A stretch of 64,000 bases of DNA from an uncultured Planctomycetota bacterium (GTDB lineage Bacteria; Planctomycetota; Planctomycetia; Pirellulales; Lacipirellulaceae), in NCBI GenBank assembly GCA_963719315.1, contig CAVRBU010000002.1, positions 1,120,001 through 1,184,000 on the forward strand, given 5' to 3'. Position numbers and translations under genes: made by a program. The notes under the pieces were generated by a model. That model did no database searches, was not told the DNA's origin, and was given only the letters and a program-made list of their open reading frames with translations. This document shows, one piece after another, positions 32,882 to 43,078 of this stretch (its first letter is position 1; the number at the start of each line of letters is the position of its first letter).

Positions 32882-34461
32882 TCAGTATCCCGGCCAGCCG
32901 CACCACACAAACCAATTGTAAAGCCACGGGTGAGTCCAAGGGTTCCAAGTTGGGTAACTCACCGAAAGCACCGACAGCGAAAGCAACACGGCCGCGAAGG
33001 CCTGCCCCACCGTGGAACGGGCCAAACGATCCGCCGCGGGAATCATCGTTACAAGCCACAGCGGCGCACACCAAAACATCCAACGGAAGCCACTCGTCAT
33101 GCCGCCGTAATTGCGGTCTTCTTGCGGCGCATACCGATCAGGAAAACGAGGCAAACCACACTTACGCCGAGCGTGAGTAGCGCGAGTTCACGGCGTAGGC
33201 CGTCTGGCGAGGCGAGCCACATGATTGCCCCGGCCAAACTGATCAGCCAAATCGGCGTCAGCGAGAATATGCCGTGGTGCCCAATCAGGCAATTCACCGC
33301 ATAAGTCACCTTCGATGGCTCGCCGCGATCGATGCCCTGGCGATCGAGCCAGTAACTCTTCACTTCCCGGCCGTTGACAGTGTACGTGTAGCTGTACCAA
33401 TTTTCGTTCGGATCGCTGTCGCTGCGAAACGCATACGGCGGCAAAAAGCGATCGTGGGCAATCCAATTGGTGCCAAAAAATGCGCCCGCCACGATCGCCA
33501 CGCCGGGAGTAAACGCAATCAGTGTTTGGCGCGGAACATGCCACAGCAACCCCAGTCCTACGGCTGCGAGCAGCGATGCGGCGGGAAGGTCGTTGGTGAC
33601 CGTAAATGCCGCGGCGAGACCAGCCAGGAAGAAATACCAGAACCGGCGCTCGCCATCGTACAGAATTCGAACGCATAGGTAGATCGTGACCGTCGCACTG
33701 ACGGCTGCGATGAGATGGTTGTTCAGCGTGACGGCAAACGTGCTGAGAAATGTGCCAAACGTCGCCGCCGCCATTACGAAAATGCGGCCCCAATCGGTCG
33801 TGCCGAATCGCTCCACCATTTTGGCCAGCAAAACGTACATCAATATCAGCGGCAAGATGTTGATCGAAAACAGCATGACCCGGTCGATTTCATAAGGAAA
33901 ATCGCGGATCGTCGCGCCACTGAAGCGGTTGATCACCCAGTATTCGCCGGCAAGCAACGTGGCGAGCAGCGGCGGCTTGCTGGAGTAGAGGTGTAACTCG
34001 CCGTCCCGGCCGCGATGCTGGACCATATCGATCGTGTCCCACGTGGGCTGCCCGACAATGTCGTCGATTTCATACGTGCCGCGCTCGACCAACGAGCGAA
34101 TCGTCATCCAGCGACTGCGGTCATTGGCGCTGAGGAACGGCCGCTGCAGTTGCAGGGCATTGCGGAGGCGGGCCTCTTCGACGGCCATGCGAGCTTCCAA
34201 TTCTTCGCCGCCGACGCCTTCTTCAGCTAATTCTTTTCGCTGGGCCGCAATGCGATCCTTGATCCGCGACTTTTCTAGCTGCACCTTATCGACCGAGTTG
34301 ACCGATAACAGCCGGCCCGTCATGTTGCCGACGGCGATCGCAATCAGCAACAGGTAGACGCCCCAACGGACGTTCGCGGAAAGCGCCGCGCCGTGTTCAG
34401 GCAGCGCACCCTCGCTCCTCGCTCCTTCCTCCTCGCCCCTTTTTTTTGTCGCGTCGCTCAT
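32882..34461 (-). CDS. Multi-pass membrane protein, possible GT-C-fold glycosyltransferase; apparent frameshift near 33126
   Basis: SANDRSRW, YSSKPP, many TM helices; one extra C restores MRPQEDRNYGGMTSGFRW; ATGA-coupled to upstream GT2. Confidence 0.6.
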
Positions 34462-35477
34462 TTGGTATCGGTCCGCGGAATTGCAAGCGAGCCCTTGTCC
34501 CCTGCTCCCTGCTCCTTGCTCCCTGCCTCTGGCGACGTGTGTTCGGCGATCGAGTACGTGTCGGTGTCGCGGACCCAATGGGCGGCAATCATTTCGCCCA
34601 GCAGCCCGACGGACAAAAACTGAGCGCCGATGATGAACAGCCCGAGGCAATAGAATAGTGCCGCCGTCTCATGCAGATTTTTCGGTGTCCAACCGCTGAT
34701 CGTGCGAGTCAGCACCCATTCGACGGCCAGATACGCCATTCCCACGCCGCCCAGCATGAATGCAATCAATCCGGCGGTGCCTAGCATGTGCTGCGGGCGC
34801 TGGCCGTAGCCGACGATGAACTTTACGGTCAGCAGATCGAGCAATCCTTTGGTGAGGCGCGAAACCCCATACTTGGACTTACCATATTTGCGCGGCCGAT
34901 GGGCGACCACGACTTCGCCCACGCGAAAGCCTTTAGCCGCAGCCAATACCGGCACGAACCGATGCAACTCGCCGTACAATCGGATCTCGTGCATTACCTC
35001 GCGGCGATACGCCTTGAGCCCGCAATTGTGATCGTGCAAGTGCACGCCCATCAGGTGGCTCACGAGCCAGTTGAAGACGCGCGACGGGAGCACTTTGTGC
35101 CAAGGGTCGTGCCGTTCACGCTTCCAGCCGCTGACAACGTCGAAGCCTTCATCGATTTTGGCCAGGAGATTGGCGATCTCAGCCGGGTCGTCCTGGAGAT
35201 CGCCGTCCATCGTCACGATACGTTCGCCTTCGGCCGCGAGGAAACCGGCGCTCATCGCAGCGGCTTTGCCGAAGTTGCGGCGCAGGCGGATGCCAAGGAT
35301 TCGCGGGTCGTCAGCCGCCAGTCGGGAGATCACGGACCAGGTGCCATCGGTCGAGCCGTCGTCCACGATGATCGTTTGCAGGTCATACCCCCGCTCCACG
35401 GCAACCTGATCGAGCTCGCTCACCAATTGCGGTAAGCTTTCGGCTTCGTCGAGGCTGGGAATGATGACGGAGAGCAT
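34458..35477 (-). CDS. GT2 polyprenol-phosphate glycosyltransferase (ArnC/GtrB-like)
   Basis: VDDGSTDGT, RRNFGKAAA, MDGDLQDDP, GELHRFVP, two C-terminal TM helices. Confidence 0.9.
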   Translation of the reverse strand: MLSVIIPSLDEAESLPQLVSELDQVAVERGYDLQTIIVDDGSTDGTWSVISRLAADDPRILGIRLRRNFGKAAAMSAGFLAAEGERIVTMDGDLQDDPAEIANLLAKIDEGFDVVSGWKRERHDPWHKVLPSRVFNWLVSHLMGVHLHDHNCGLKAYRREVMHEIRLYGELHRFVPVLAAAKGFRVGEVVVAHRPRKYGKSKYGVSRLTKGLLDLLTVKFIVGYGQRPQHMLGTAGLIAFMLGGVGMAYLAVEWVLTRTISGWTPKNLHETAALFYCLGLFIIGAQFLSVGLLGEMIAAHWVRDTDTYSIAEHTSPEAGSKEQGAGDKGSLAIPRTDTK

Positions 35478-35526
35478 TGTGGCCGGTGATTTGTGCGGAA
35501 GGGAGGCGATGGGTGATCGAGCCGCG

Positions 35527-36525
35527 CTAAGCTGTGTGCGGTGTGACGCGGTTAATCTTCATTTGCACCGCTACATACAGGATACCACAGACGGCTAGCT
35601 CCGACATCAGCCAAACGAGTCGCATCAGCACGGCGGCGACCAGGGCGTTGGCTTCTCCACAGACCGGGGTCAGCAGTTGCATCAAAAGTGCATCGCGCAC
35701 TCCCAGACCGGCCGGAAGTTGCGACAGAAATCCGGCGACGACGGAGAATGCCACGGCGGCAAGCAAGCGCGGCAGGTCGATGAGCGGCGAAAGGCCCTCG
35801 ACTCCGATCGCGCGGAGCACTGCCCACAAACTAACCGCTTGGAGCAACCAACAGAGTGTGGCGGCAAACCAGCCCTTGGCCAACAGACTGAAATCGATCG
35901 CTTGTAGGCTCTGACCGACGTTTGTCGCGTTCGGCCCCGCTGCCGTTGACGATAATTCGGATTCATCGCGCCGCATAAGACCGAGACTGGCCAACCACCG
36001 CGCGATGGGCGGCAATGTTGGGGCTCCGGCTGCCAGCGCCATGCCGACAGCAGCGAGCGAAACAATGAGATCTAATTTCAACACGAGCACTGATATGACC
36101 GCCGCCAGAAACGCCCCGACCGCCATCATGGTCAATGTTTCCAGCAGCGCGCTGATGAGCGCGATTCGCGTGGAAGGCACCCACCGACGGATGGTGGTCA
36201 CGCGGAGGATTACGGACATCGCCTTGCCCGGCACGTATTTGCCCAGATGCCCAAGAAAGTACGAACACATCGCAGGCAGAAGTGGCGTCGGGTAGCCTAG
36301 CGCGGCGAGCGTGCGTTGCCAAAACCAGCCCATCGGGGCGAGTGCCAACGCATAGATCGCGCCGGAAGCGATCAGCCACCCGGGCTGCACTTCCCACTCG
36401 TGCTCCGAGAGTCGGGAATAACCACTTCGCACCGAGCCGCTGACGAACCAGCCGACGAGCGCAAGGGCGAGGAGCCTCAATGTCCAAACAAGCGCTAAGC
36501 GGGATGATTTTGCAGTGTGCGTCAC
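35527..36525 (-). CDS. Lysylphosphatidylglycerol synthase TM-domain (flippase-like) protein
   Basis: LGKYVPGK, PAGLGVRD, LMRLVW; multiple TM helices; GTG start inferred. Confidence 0.8.
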   Translation of the reverse strand: MTHTAKSSRLALVWTLRLLALALVGWFVSGSVRSGYSRLSEHEWEVQPGWLIASGAIYALALAPMGWFWQRTLAALGYPTPLLPAMCSYFLGHLGKYVPGKAMSVILRVTTIRRWVPSTRIALISALLETLTMMAVGAFLAAVISVLVLKLDLIVSLAAVGMALAAGAPTLPPIARWLASLGLMRRDESELSSTAAGPNATNVGQSLQAIDFSLLAKGWFAATLCWLLQAVSLWAVLRAIGVEGLSPLIDLPRLLAAVAFSVVAGFLSQLPAGLGVRDALLMQLLTPVCGEANALVAAVLMRLVWLMSELAVCGILYVAVQMKINRVTPHTA

Positions 36526-36560
36526 TAGATTGGGCTGCCGCGATGCACTTGCCGTAGGAG

Positions 36561-36615
36561 TGTAGTCCGCTCGCTCCGCGAGCGAGAAAACGTCTCGCGG
36601 AACGAGACAACCACA
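36561..36615. repeat. GTAG-type REP dyad
   Basis: GTAGTCCGCTCGCTCCGCGAGCGAG-AAAA-CGTCTCGCGGAACGAGACAACCAC. Confidence 0.65.
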
Positions 36616-36748
36616 CTCGATTGTCTCGGAAAGTGGCCGTCGGCCACAAGATTGCCCGTGGGGGAACGAACCAAGTTTGTTAGAATGCTGGACAATCGAA
36701 AGTGAGCGACGCCGGACCGCGTCGCAGCGAATTGCCAAGGAGGCCGTT

Positions 36749-38095
36749 GTGCCGCGCGTCATCTCGTTTATCGTCCTGCTGGCGATCGTTCTTTTGGTCG
36801 GCGCGGTTTTCTTTCAGGTCATGGCACAATTCATCGTGCCGTTGTTTCTAGCCTGCGTGCTACTGGTCGTATTTCAGCCGTTGCACCGTTGGATTCTCAA
36901 TCATTTACCGAAGCATCCGCGACTCTCCGCTCTTGTCACGACAGTCCTGATTCTGCTGGTCGTGCTGTTGCCGCTCGTGTGGTTGGGGTGGAACGCTTAC
37001 GGCGAACTGAGTGACCTGGCCAATCCAGAGATTAACGCCGCGACAGCTCTAGCGGGCCAGGCCACCGTCGATAAGGAGGCAAATGAGCCACCCACCAAAT
37101 TGACGATTAAGAACGAAAACAAGTTAATCGACAAAGTCAATAGTGTCGCCATTCAAATGCGCGACGATCTCTACAGAATCACGAATGTTCATGTTTCCGA
37201 TGAATATGTGTACGAGCTTGTCGCTTCCGCACAGTCGTTCCTAACATCAAAAGCGCTGAGCGGCTTGCAAACGGCGCTGGGCATTCTTTTCGGCCTGGCG
37301 ATCATGGTGATCTCGCTGTATTACTTCTTAGCCGACGGGCCGACAATGATCGACGCGGTGATGGACCTGTCGCCGCTCGACGCTCGATATGAGCAAGAGT
37401 TATTGAAACGTTTCGGCGACGTTAGCTGGGCCGTGGTCGTGGCCACGCTGCTCTCCGCTCTCGTTCAAGGTGCGCTGGCCTGCATCGGCTACTATTTTGC
37501 ATTGCCGATCACGGCCCCAATCTACTTGTTGACGGCCGTCACTATGGTTACGGCACTGGTGCCGTTCGTCGGCGCCGCTGCCACGTGGATTTGCGTGTGC
37601 GGCTGGATCTATCTCTATGGCGATCGGATCGTCGACGGCCAACACGTGCAGGGCAACCCGACGACGGCGATTATCCTGGCCATCTACTGCACGGTCGTCG
37701 TGTCGGGGATCGACAACGTCATCAAACCGTACATCTTGCACGGGCAGTCAAAGCTCCACCCCCTGCTAGCACTCTTAAGCATTTTGGGCGGCGTGCAAGT
37801 TTTGGGGCCGGTCGGCATTTTGGTGGGACCGATGCTGGTATCGTTCTTGCAAGCACTCCTCAATATGTTGCGCAAAGAATTGGATTCATTCAGCGGGACG
37901 GTAGAGGATGTCTCAAAACCGCTAGCAGAGTCCGTTGCCGACGTGATTCAAAAGGCAGTTGACGAAAATGACGATATAGCGGGCAAGCCAAAGGACGAAG
38001 CGGCTGGGGCCAAACCGCCAGCGCGACAGAGTGCCAAATCAACGCCAGCGACCGGCGATGCTCGACGCGCGCAGCGCGCAAAACGCAAAAGATAG
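36749..38095 (+). CDS. AI-2E family transporter
   Basis: YYFLADG, ALVQG, LVPFVG, IDNVIKP, LHPLL, GILVGP; AAGGAGG RBS before GTG. Confidence 0.9.
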   Translation: MPRVISFIVLLAIVLLVGAVFFQVMAQFIVPLFLACVLLVVFQPLHRWILNHLPKHPRLSALVTTVLILLVVLLPLVWLGWNAYGELSDLANPEINAATALAGQATVDKEANEPPTKLTIKNENKLIDKVNSVAIQMRDDLYRITNVHVSDEYVYELVASAQSFLTSKALSGLQTALGILFGLAIMVISLYYFLADGPTMIDAVMDLSPLDARYEQELLKRFGDVSWAVVVATLLSALVQGALACIGYYFALPITAPIYLLTAVTMVTALVPFVGAAATWICVCGWIYLYGDRIVDGQHVQGNPTTAIILAIYCTVVVSGIDNVIKPYILHGQSKLHPLLALLSILGGVQVLGPVGILVGPMLVSFLQALLNMLRKELDSFSGTVEDVSKPLAESVADVIQKAVDENDDIAGKPKDEAAGAKPPARQSAKSTPATGDARRAQRAKRKR

Positions 38096-38237
38096 ATGGG
38101 AGACGCGCAATCGGCTCAAACCTCGCTACTTGTCTAGCTGATTTTCGCCGTTCTGGCGTAGAATGTGGCCCCGGTTAAGCGTTGTGGAAAACGCTCAGCC
38201 GGTGCCGATTCAAACATTCCACGAAAGAGGGATCGCA

Positions 38238-39395
38238 ATGGACGTTGCACGGGTGTGGCTCGTTTTGACGGTCGTAGTCGCTGTTTGGAACCCCTTGGAA
38301 GTGGCGGCCCAATCGTGGTCGGGAGGTGCTTCGTCCGCGCCGCCTGCAACAAGTTATGACCGCTACGGTCAACCGATCGCGCCGAGCCCCCCGTCGATCT
38401 CGCAGCGCGCTCAGAATGCGTTTTCGGACACCGGTTCCGCCCTCCGCGATGGCATGGAGGCAGGCATTCGAGCGGGCGAACAATCGATTAATGGCGCGGT
38501 AGGTACGGGAACAACAAGCACGTCGGCACGGGGCGGCACATCAGTGCCCTGGACTGCCCTGCCAACCACGAATGCGACCACGCCAAACTGGACTTCGAAT
38601 CCGGCGACCCCCGGCTTGACTCCGCTTCGTGGCGCCTCGCCTACCGTAACAGCGATCGACGGCGGCTGGACGAGTATCGGCACCGCGATCGCCGCGCCAC
38701 CGCTGCTCGTCCCACAATCGCCCATGGCCACGGCCAACATTGGCAACGCGGGCGGGCCAAGCACCAGCAATGGAACGAGCTACCCCGCGGTGGCTTCGAA
38801 TAATTCAACGCCGCTACATAGCGTGTTGGCGGATCCAGCACGACCGGCAGCTACAACGCCAACCAATACTCCCGACAGTTGGGCCTCCGGTTGGGGCGAT
38901 AACTCGGGCAGTTCAGTCGCGACCATCGGGCGGAACGGCAGCGCCGGCTCGGTGCGAGATTCCGGCCTGGCCCCGTTGCACCCCGTGGCCGGCTCGTCAT
39001 TGCCGGATGATTCGTGGGCCCTTCCGGCTCAGCCTACATTGGGGCCGGCGAACGGAACTGCCTCGGCCAGCAGACCCGTATCGACTCTTAATACGAATAG
39101 CAGTCCTTTTCGCGGCAACACGCTGCCAAACAGTCAATTCGCCAGCCAACCCAACAATACCCAATCGCTGAATGGGCAGAACATGAACAAGATTCCGCGA
39201 AATCAAACGCTTGTAAATGGTTCGACCGAGCCGCAGCCCTGGATGCCGCTAATCGCGTCGGTGCTGACGCTCGCGGGTTCGCTCGCCGCCAATCTCTACC
39301 TCGGCGTGAGCTACCTCGATGCCCGCCAGAAGTACCAATCGCTCGTGCGAAAGACGGCCGACACGTTCCGCCGCGTGAAAGCGGTCGCCGCGTAG
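38238..39395 (+). CDS. Hypothetical Ser/Thr/Pro-rich exported protein with C-terminal TM anchor
   Basis: Signal peptide, low-complexity middle, PWMPLIASVLTLAGSLAANLYLG helix then basic tail. Confidence 0.7.
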   Translation: MDVARVWLVLTVVVAVWNPLEVAAQSWSGGASSAPPATSYDRYGQPIAPSPPSISQRAQNAFSDTGSALRDGMEAGIRAGEQSINGAVGTGTTSTSARGGTSVPWTALPTTNATTPNWTSNPATPGLTPLRGASPTVTAIDGGWTSIGTAIAAPPLLVPQSPMATANIGNAGGPSTSNGTSYPAVASNNSTPLHSVLADPARPAATTPTNTPDSWASGWGDNSGSSVATIGRNGSAGSVRDSGLAPLHPVAGSSLPDDSWALPAQPTLGPANGTASASRPVSTLNTNSSPFRGNTLPNSQFASQPNNTQSLNGQNMNKIPRNQTLVNGSTEPQPWMPLIASVLTLAGSLAANLYLGVSYLDARQKYQSLVRKTADTFRRVKAVAA

Positions 39396-39498
39396 TCAAC
39401 TTCAGCGATGGGTGGCCGGGGTCGAGTCCGCCGCGGCGGACGAGCCCCCAGTGCGGCTGGAGGGTCGTAGCACTCCACCAGCCTCCCCTACCAACTCG

Positions 39499-42400
39499 CT
39501 ACCAGCGTTGGCGGATTTCCGGTTCGGGCAGCCAACCGCTCGTTGGATTCTCTTCGCGATGATGGACGCCGTTCGTGCCGTTGGACGCGGGACTGTCCCA
39601 CCAATACTCGACCTCGCTGACGGCGGGGGGCAACTCGGGTTCTCCCAACTCTTCGTAGCTCACTTCTTCCAGTTCCTCGACGATTGCCGCCGGTTCTTCG
39701 ACCTTTTCAACAATACGTGGCTTCGGTTGTGACTTGACCTTAACGGGTTCCGGAATAGGCTCAGGCGCCGGCGCGACGGGCTCGGGTTGCGGCTCGACGA
39801 AAGCCACGACTGGCTCCGGCGCCGGTTCGGGCACGATTTCGGGTTGCGGTTCCTCGGGCAGCGCTTCGATTTCGCCGTGGCGATTCGGGATGCGGCGGGT
39901 ATCGACTTTGATGTCCTGGAACATTCGCCAGACGTGCTCGTGACACGTGAACACGAGCAACTGATGACCTTGTTTTGCGAAGTCTCGCAGGACCGAGCAG
40001 GCAGTGCGCGTGCGGCCGGCGTCATAGTTGACGAACACGTCGTCGAGGATCATCGGTAAGTGAATGCCGCGGCGGGCGTAGGCCGCAACGAGCGCCAATC
40101 GCAGGCTGACGAACAACTGCTCGCGCGTGCCGCGGCTGAGCACTTGCACGGAAAGCGACTGGCCTTCGGAGTTATCGACAAACAGAATGTCGTGGGCAAG
40201 CGGCGTCCAAATGCGGGTATATTTGCCGCCCGTAAGTTGACTCATATACTCCGAAGCTTCGCGGAGAGTTTCGGGTTGGCGATGTTGTTCGTATTCCTCG
40301 CGAATGCGTTCCAGAAACAAGCTGACGGCCGCCCGCTCGCGCCAGGCGGCAATCGCTTTTTTGATCTGTTGCTCGACGACATCGAGCTCGACCTGCTTGA
40401 TGGCGAGCGACTGATCGGCGGCCGAAGCGCGTTGCTGCTCGACCATCGCGCCGCGGCGTTGCAAAGCCTCCTTCAAACCGCGGTCGAGTTCTTCCGATTG
40501 AGTAGTGAGCGTCTCCCATTCGTGTTCGAGGCGGCCAATTTGATCGTCGGCCAGCAACGGCGCAAAGTCGGCCTCCGTACCGTGCCGACCGAGGGCGGCC
40601 GTGATTTCACGGGTCGTGGCAGCCCGCTTCTTGCGCAGTTCCTCGGCTTCATCCAGCTTGGCAGCCAGTTGGCGGAGCTCCGCCTCATCGGCCACGCCAC
40701 ATTTCTGGAACAGCGCTTCCCGGCGGCGACGATAGCCGATCGCGGCGTGAGCGTGCTTCAAGGCATCGACTCGAAGCGCTTTGGCTCGCTCGCGAATTCC
40801 TTGCCGCTGCTCCACACGCTGCATGTACTGATTGTATTGAGCCTTCAGGTGATCGAGCTGATCCAATGGCCGTGGGGACGGGCGGCTCGCCTGTCCCTCC
40901 TTGGCGGGCGCGCCGCCTGCCGCCACAAGACGCAGGTTCGTTTCCTCCGCCAGCGTAACAATTCGCTGGGATACGATCGCAAACTCGCGCTGGCGGCGCT
41001 GCATGTCGTCGCGGCGATTTTCGATTCGAGCTTCCAGCTCGGCCAGCCGTTCGCATTGGCCGGCCATCGTGGCCAGGTTTTCGGGCGTGACATTTTCCGG
41101 CAGGCCCAACGCACGAAGCCGCGATTTCCAATTCGCTAGGGCCGAAGCGTGTTTTTCTTCGGCCAGCTTCAATCGGCGATCGGCCGTAGTCATGGCCTGG
41201 GCAATTTCACGATGTTGGCTTTCGACCGGCAGGATCCGCTCGAGCTCGGCCAAGTGCCGCTCCGCGTGTTGCAGGCGCAGTGCGACCGAACCGCCACCGA
41301 GCGAAAGCGCGTGATCGAGCTCGGCCTGTTCCGCTTCCGTCGCTTCGATTTTGTCGACCAGCGTTTCGATCTGGTAGTGACAGGTGTCGAACCGTTCGGT
41401 GGCCGATGACTCCTTCAGAAACTTAAGCATTCCGGCGACGAGCGCACTCACGACGCCGCCGAGCGCGATCCAGCCCCCGTATTTTCCCATGACGGTGGCC
41501 GGCAACAACCACCACGCCACAGGCAATACGACGCCAGCGACGAACACGATCCCGAGAAAGACGAAAAGCTCGATCGGCACGACCTGCTCGTCGACTAGGT
41601 CCTGGGCCTGTTGTTGTAGCGATTCGGCTTCGCCGTGGGCGGCGGCGATGCGTTGTTCGAGCTGCTGGCGGCGGCGAAGCTGCGTCACCAGGTCGCCGGC
41701 CGCCTCCACGTCTTTCGGCAGGCCGAGTTTTTCGCCGCTCGTTGTGGCCGATTCGATTTGTGTGCGGAATTCATGCTCGCCCGTCTTGTGGATTTCGAGC
41801 TCGTGCTTGGCGGTGGCCACCATTTGGGCGGTAGCCTCGATCGCCCGCGATTGCGGCGTAAGCTGCTCGACGATATCGCTCGTGATCCGCGGCGGTAGTT
41901 TGCCGGCCCCCGTCCACTCGTGGGCCAGCCGCTCGCTTTCGCTCGCAAGTCGGGCCTCAAGGTGCTTCACTTCATCCGCCAGCTCGCCGCTGAGCCGCTC
42001 GACGGCCTGCAGCCAATCCTGTTGTTCGAGCAATGCTTCGAGGCGCTTGCCGTTGCGTACTAGGGCATCGTTGATGCCGAGCCGCTTGGCGTCGTCGCGA
42101 AGCTGATGACGCTGGCCTTTGAGGATGTCGCGTTGTCGTTCGTGCTCTTCGATCCGCTTATTGAAGTCATCGAGCGACTCGACTGTGCCTTCCTCGAGCG
42201 GATGCAGATTGGCGAAACGCTCGAGTTGGTCGTCGATCTTGCCGCGCTTGATCCACAGCGGCTTCAGGCTGATGGCGACTTCCAGCCGGCGGGCGCGAGC
42301 GGCGACTGCTTTCGCCTCCGATTGTCGGGCGTCGACTTCTTCGGCCAATTCCCGGAGTTTCACCGCGGATTGAGTCCAGCGGCGGCCTTTCGTGATCAGC

Positions 42401-43005
42401 TCCTCAAGCTCGCCGCGAAGTTGTTCTTGGTGCGACAGAAGCGAGCGGAGCTCAGATTTTTCTTCCCAGGAGTTCAGCAGACGCAGCCGCGTGCCTTCGA
42501 GCATGTGGATCACATCGTACAGCGAGATGCGATCCAGGCCGGAGGTGAGGCGGTACATCCATTGAGCGGCCGCCGTGTCGCTCAGCGAGTTGAGCTCCTG
42601 CACTTCGCGAAGACCGACGGCGAAAATGTTGTTGTACGTCGGTTCATCGACGTGCTCGAGCGCTTCGCGCAGCAGCCGGTCGCCCTGCTCTTCCCCGTTG
42701 GCGGTGACAATCGTGACTTTGCCAACGTCGGTCGGCCCACGGTCGGCATAGCGGCTGATCGTGAGCGGGCCATGATCCGTGTCCACCTTGAGCCAACCGC
42801 CCGGGCGACCGCCGACGACCGGCGGCAGATACCGCTCGCGCCGCATGGGCGACATACCGTACAGCACCGAACGCATGAACTGCATGAGCGTCGATTTGCC
42901 GGCTTCGTTCGGCCCATAGAAGACGGTCAGCTCGGGGGACAGGCCACGAAGCGTGAGGTCGTGCCACACGCCGAAGCCGTCGATTTTTAGATCGGTGATT
43001 TTCAT
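39499..43005 (-). CDS. YhaN/Rad50-like AAA coiled-coil ATPase
   Basis: GPNEAGKST Walker A, long coiled coil with central TM hairpin, LSRGTREQL signature, ILDDVFVNYD Walker B, FTCH. Confidence 0.9.
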   Translation of the reverse strand: MKITDLKIDGFGVWHDLTLRGLSPELTVFYGPNEAGKSTLMQFMRSVLYGMSPMRRERYLPPVVGGRPGGWLKVDTDHGPLTISRYADRGPTDVGKVTIVTANGEEQGDRLLREALEHVDEPTYNNIFAVGLREVQELNSLSDTAAAQWMYRLTSGLDRISLYDVIHMLEGTRLRLLNSWEEKSELRSLLSHQEQLRGELEELITKGRRWTQSAVKLRELAEEVDARQSEAKAVAARARRLEVAISLKPLWIKRGKIDDQLERFANLHPLEEGTVESLDDFNKRIEEHERQRDILKGQRHQLRDDAKRLGINDALVRNGKRLEALLEQQDWLQAVERLSGELADEVKHLEARLASESERLAHEWTGAGKLPPRITSDIVEQLTPQSRAIEATAQMVATAKHELEIHKTGEHEFRTQIESATTSGEKLGLPKDVEAAGDLVTQLRRRQQLEQRIAAAHGEAESLQQQAQDLVDEQVVPIELFVFLGIVFVAGVVLPVAWWLLPATVMGKYGGWIALGGVVSALVAGMLKFLKESSATERFDTCHYQIETLVDKIEATEAEQAELDHALSLGGGSVALRLQHAERHLAELERILPVESQHREIAQAMTTADRRLKLAEEKHASALANWKSRLRALGLPENVTPENLATMAGQCERLAELEARIENRRDDMQRRQREFAIVSQRIVTLAEETNLRLVAAGGAPAKEGQASRPSPRPLDQLDHLKAQYNQYMQRVEQRQGIRERAKALRVDALKHAHAAIGYRRRREALFQKCGVADEAELRQLAAKLDEAEELRKKRAATTREITAALGRHGTEADFAPLLADDQIGRLEHEWETLTTQSEELDRGLKEALQRRGAMVEQQRASAADQSLAIKQVELDVVEQQIKKAIAAWRERAAVSLFLERIREEYEQHRQPETLREASEYMSQLTGGKYTRIWTPLAHDILFVDNSEGQSLSVQVLSRGTREQLFVSLRLALVAAYARRGIHLPMILDDVFVNYDAGRTRTACSVLRDFAKQGHQLLVFTCHEHVWRMFQDIKVDTRRIPNRHGEIEALPEEPQPEIVPEPAPEPVVAFVEPQPEPVAPAPEPIPEPVKVKSQPKPRIVEKVEEPAAIVEELEEVSYEELGEPELPPAVSEVEYWWDSPASNGTNGVHHREENPTSGWLPEPEIRQRW

Positions 43006-43078
43006 GTTAGTCGAATGTCAAGAGTCGAGAGCCAGCATTTTTGTGCTCAACACAATTAGCCGCACATTAGCCGCGACT

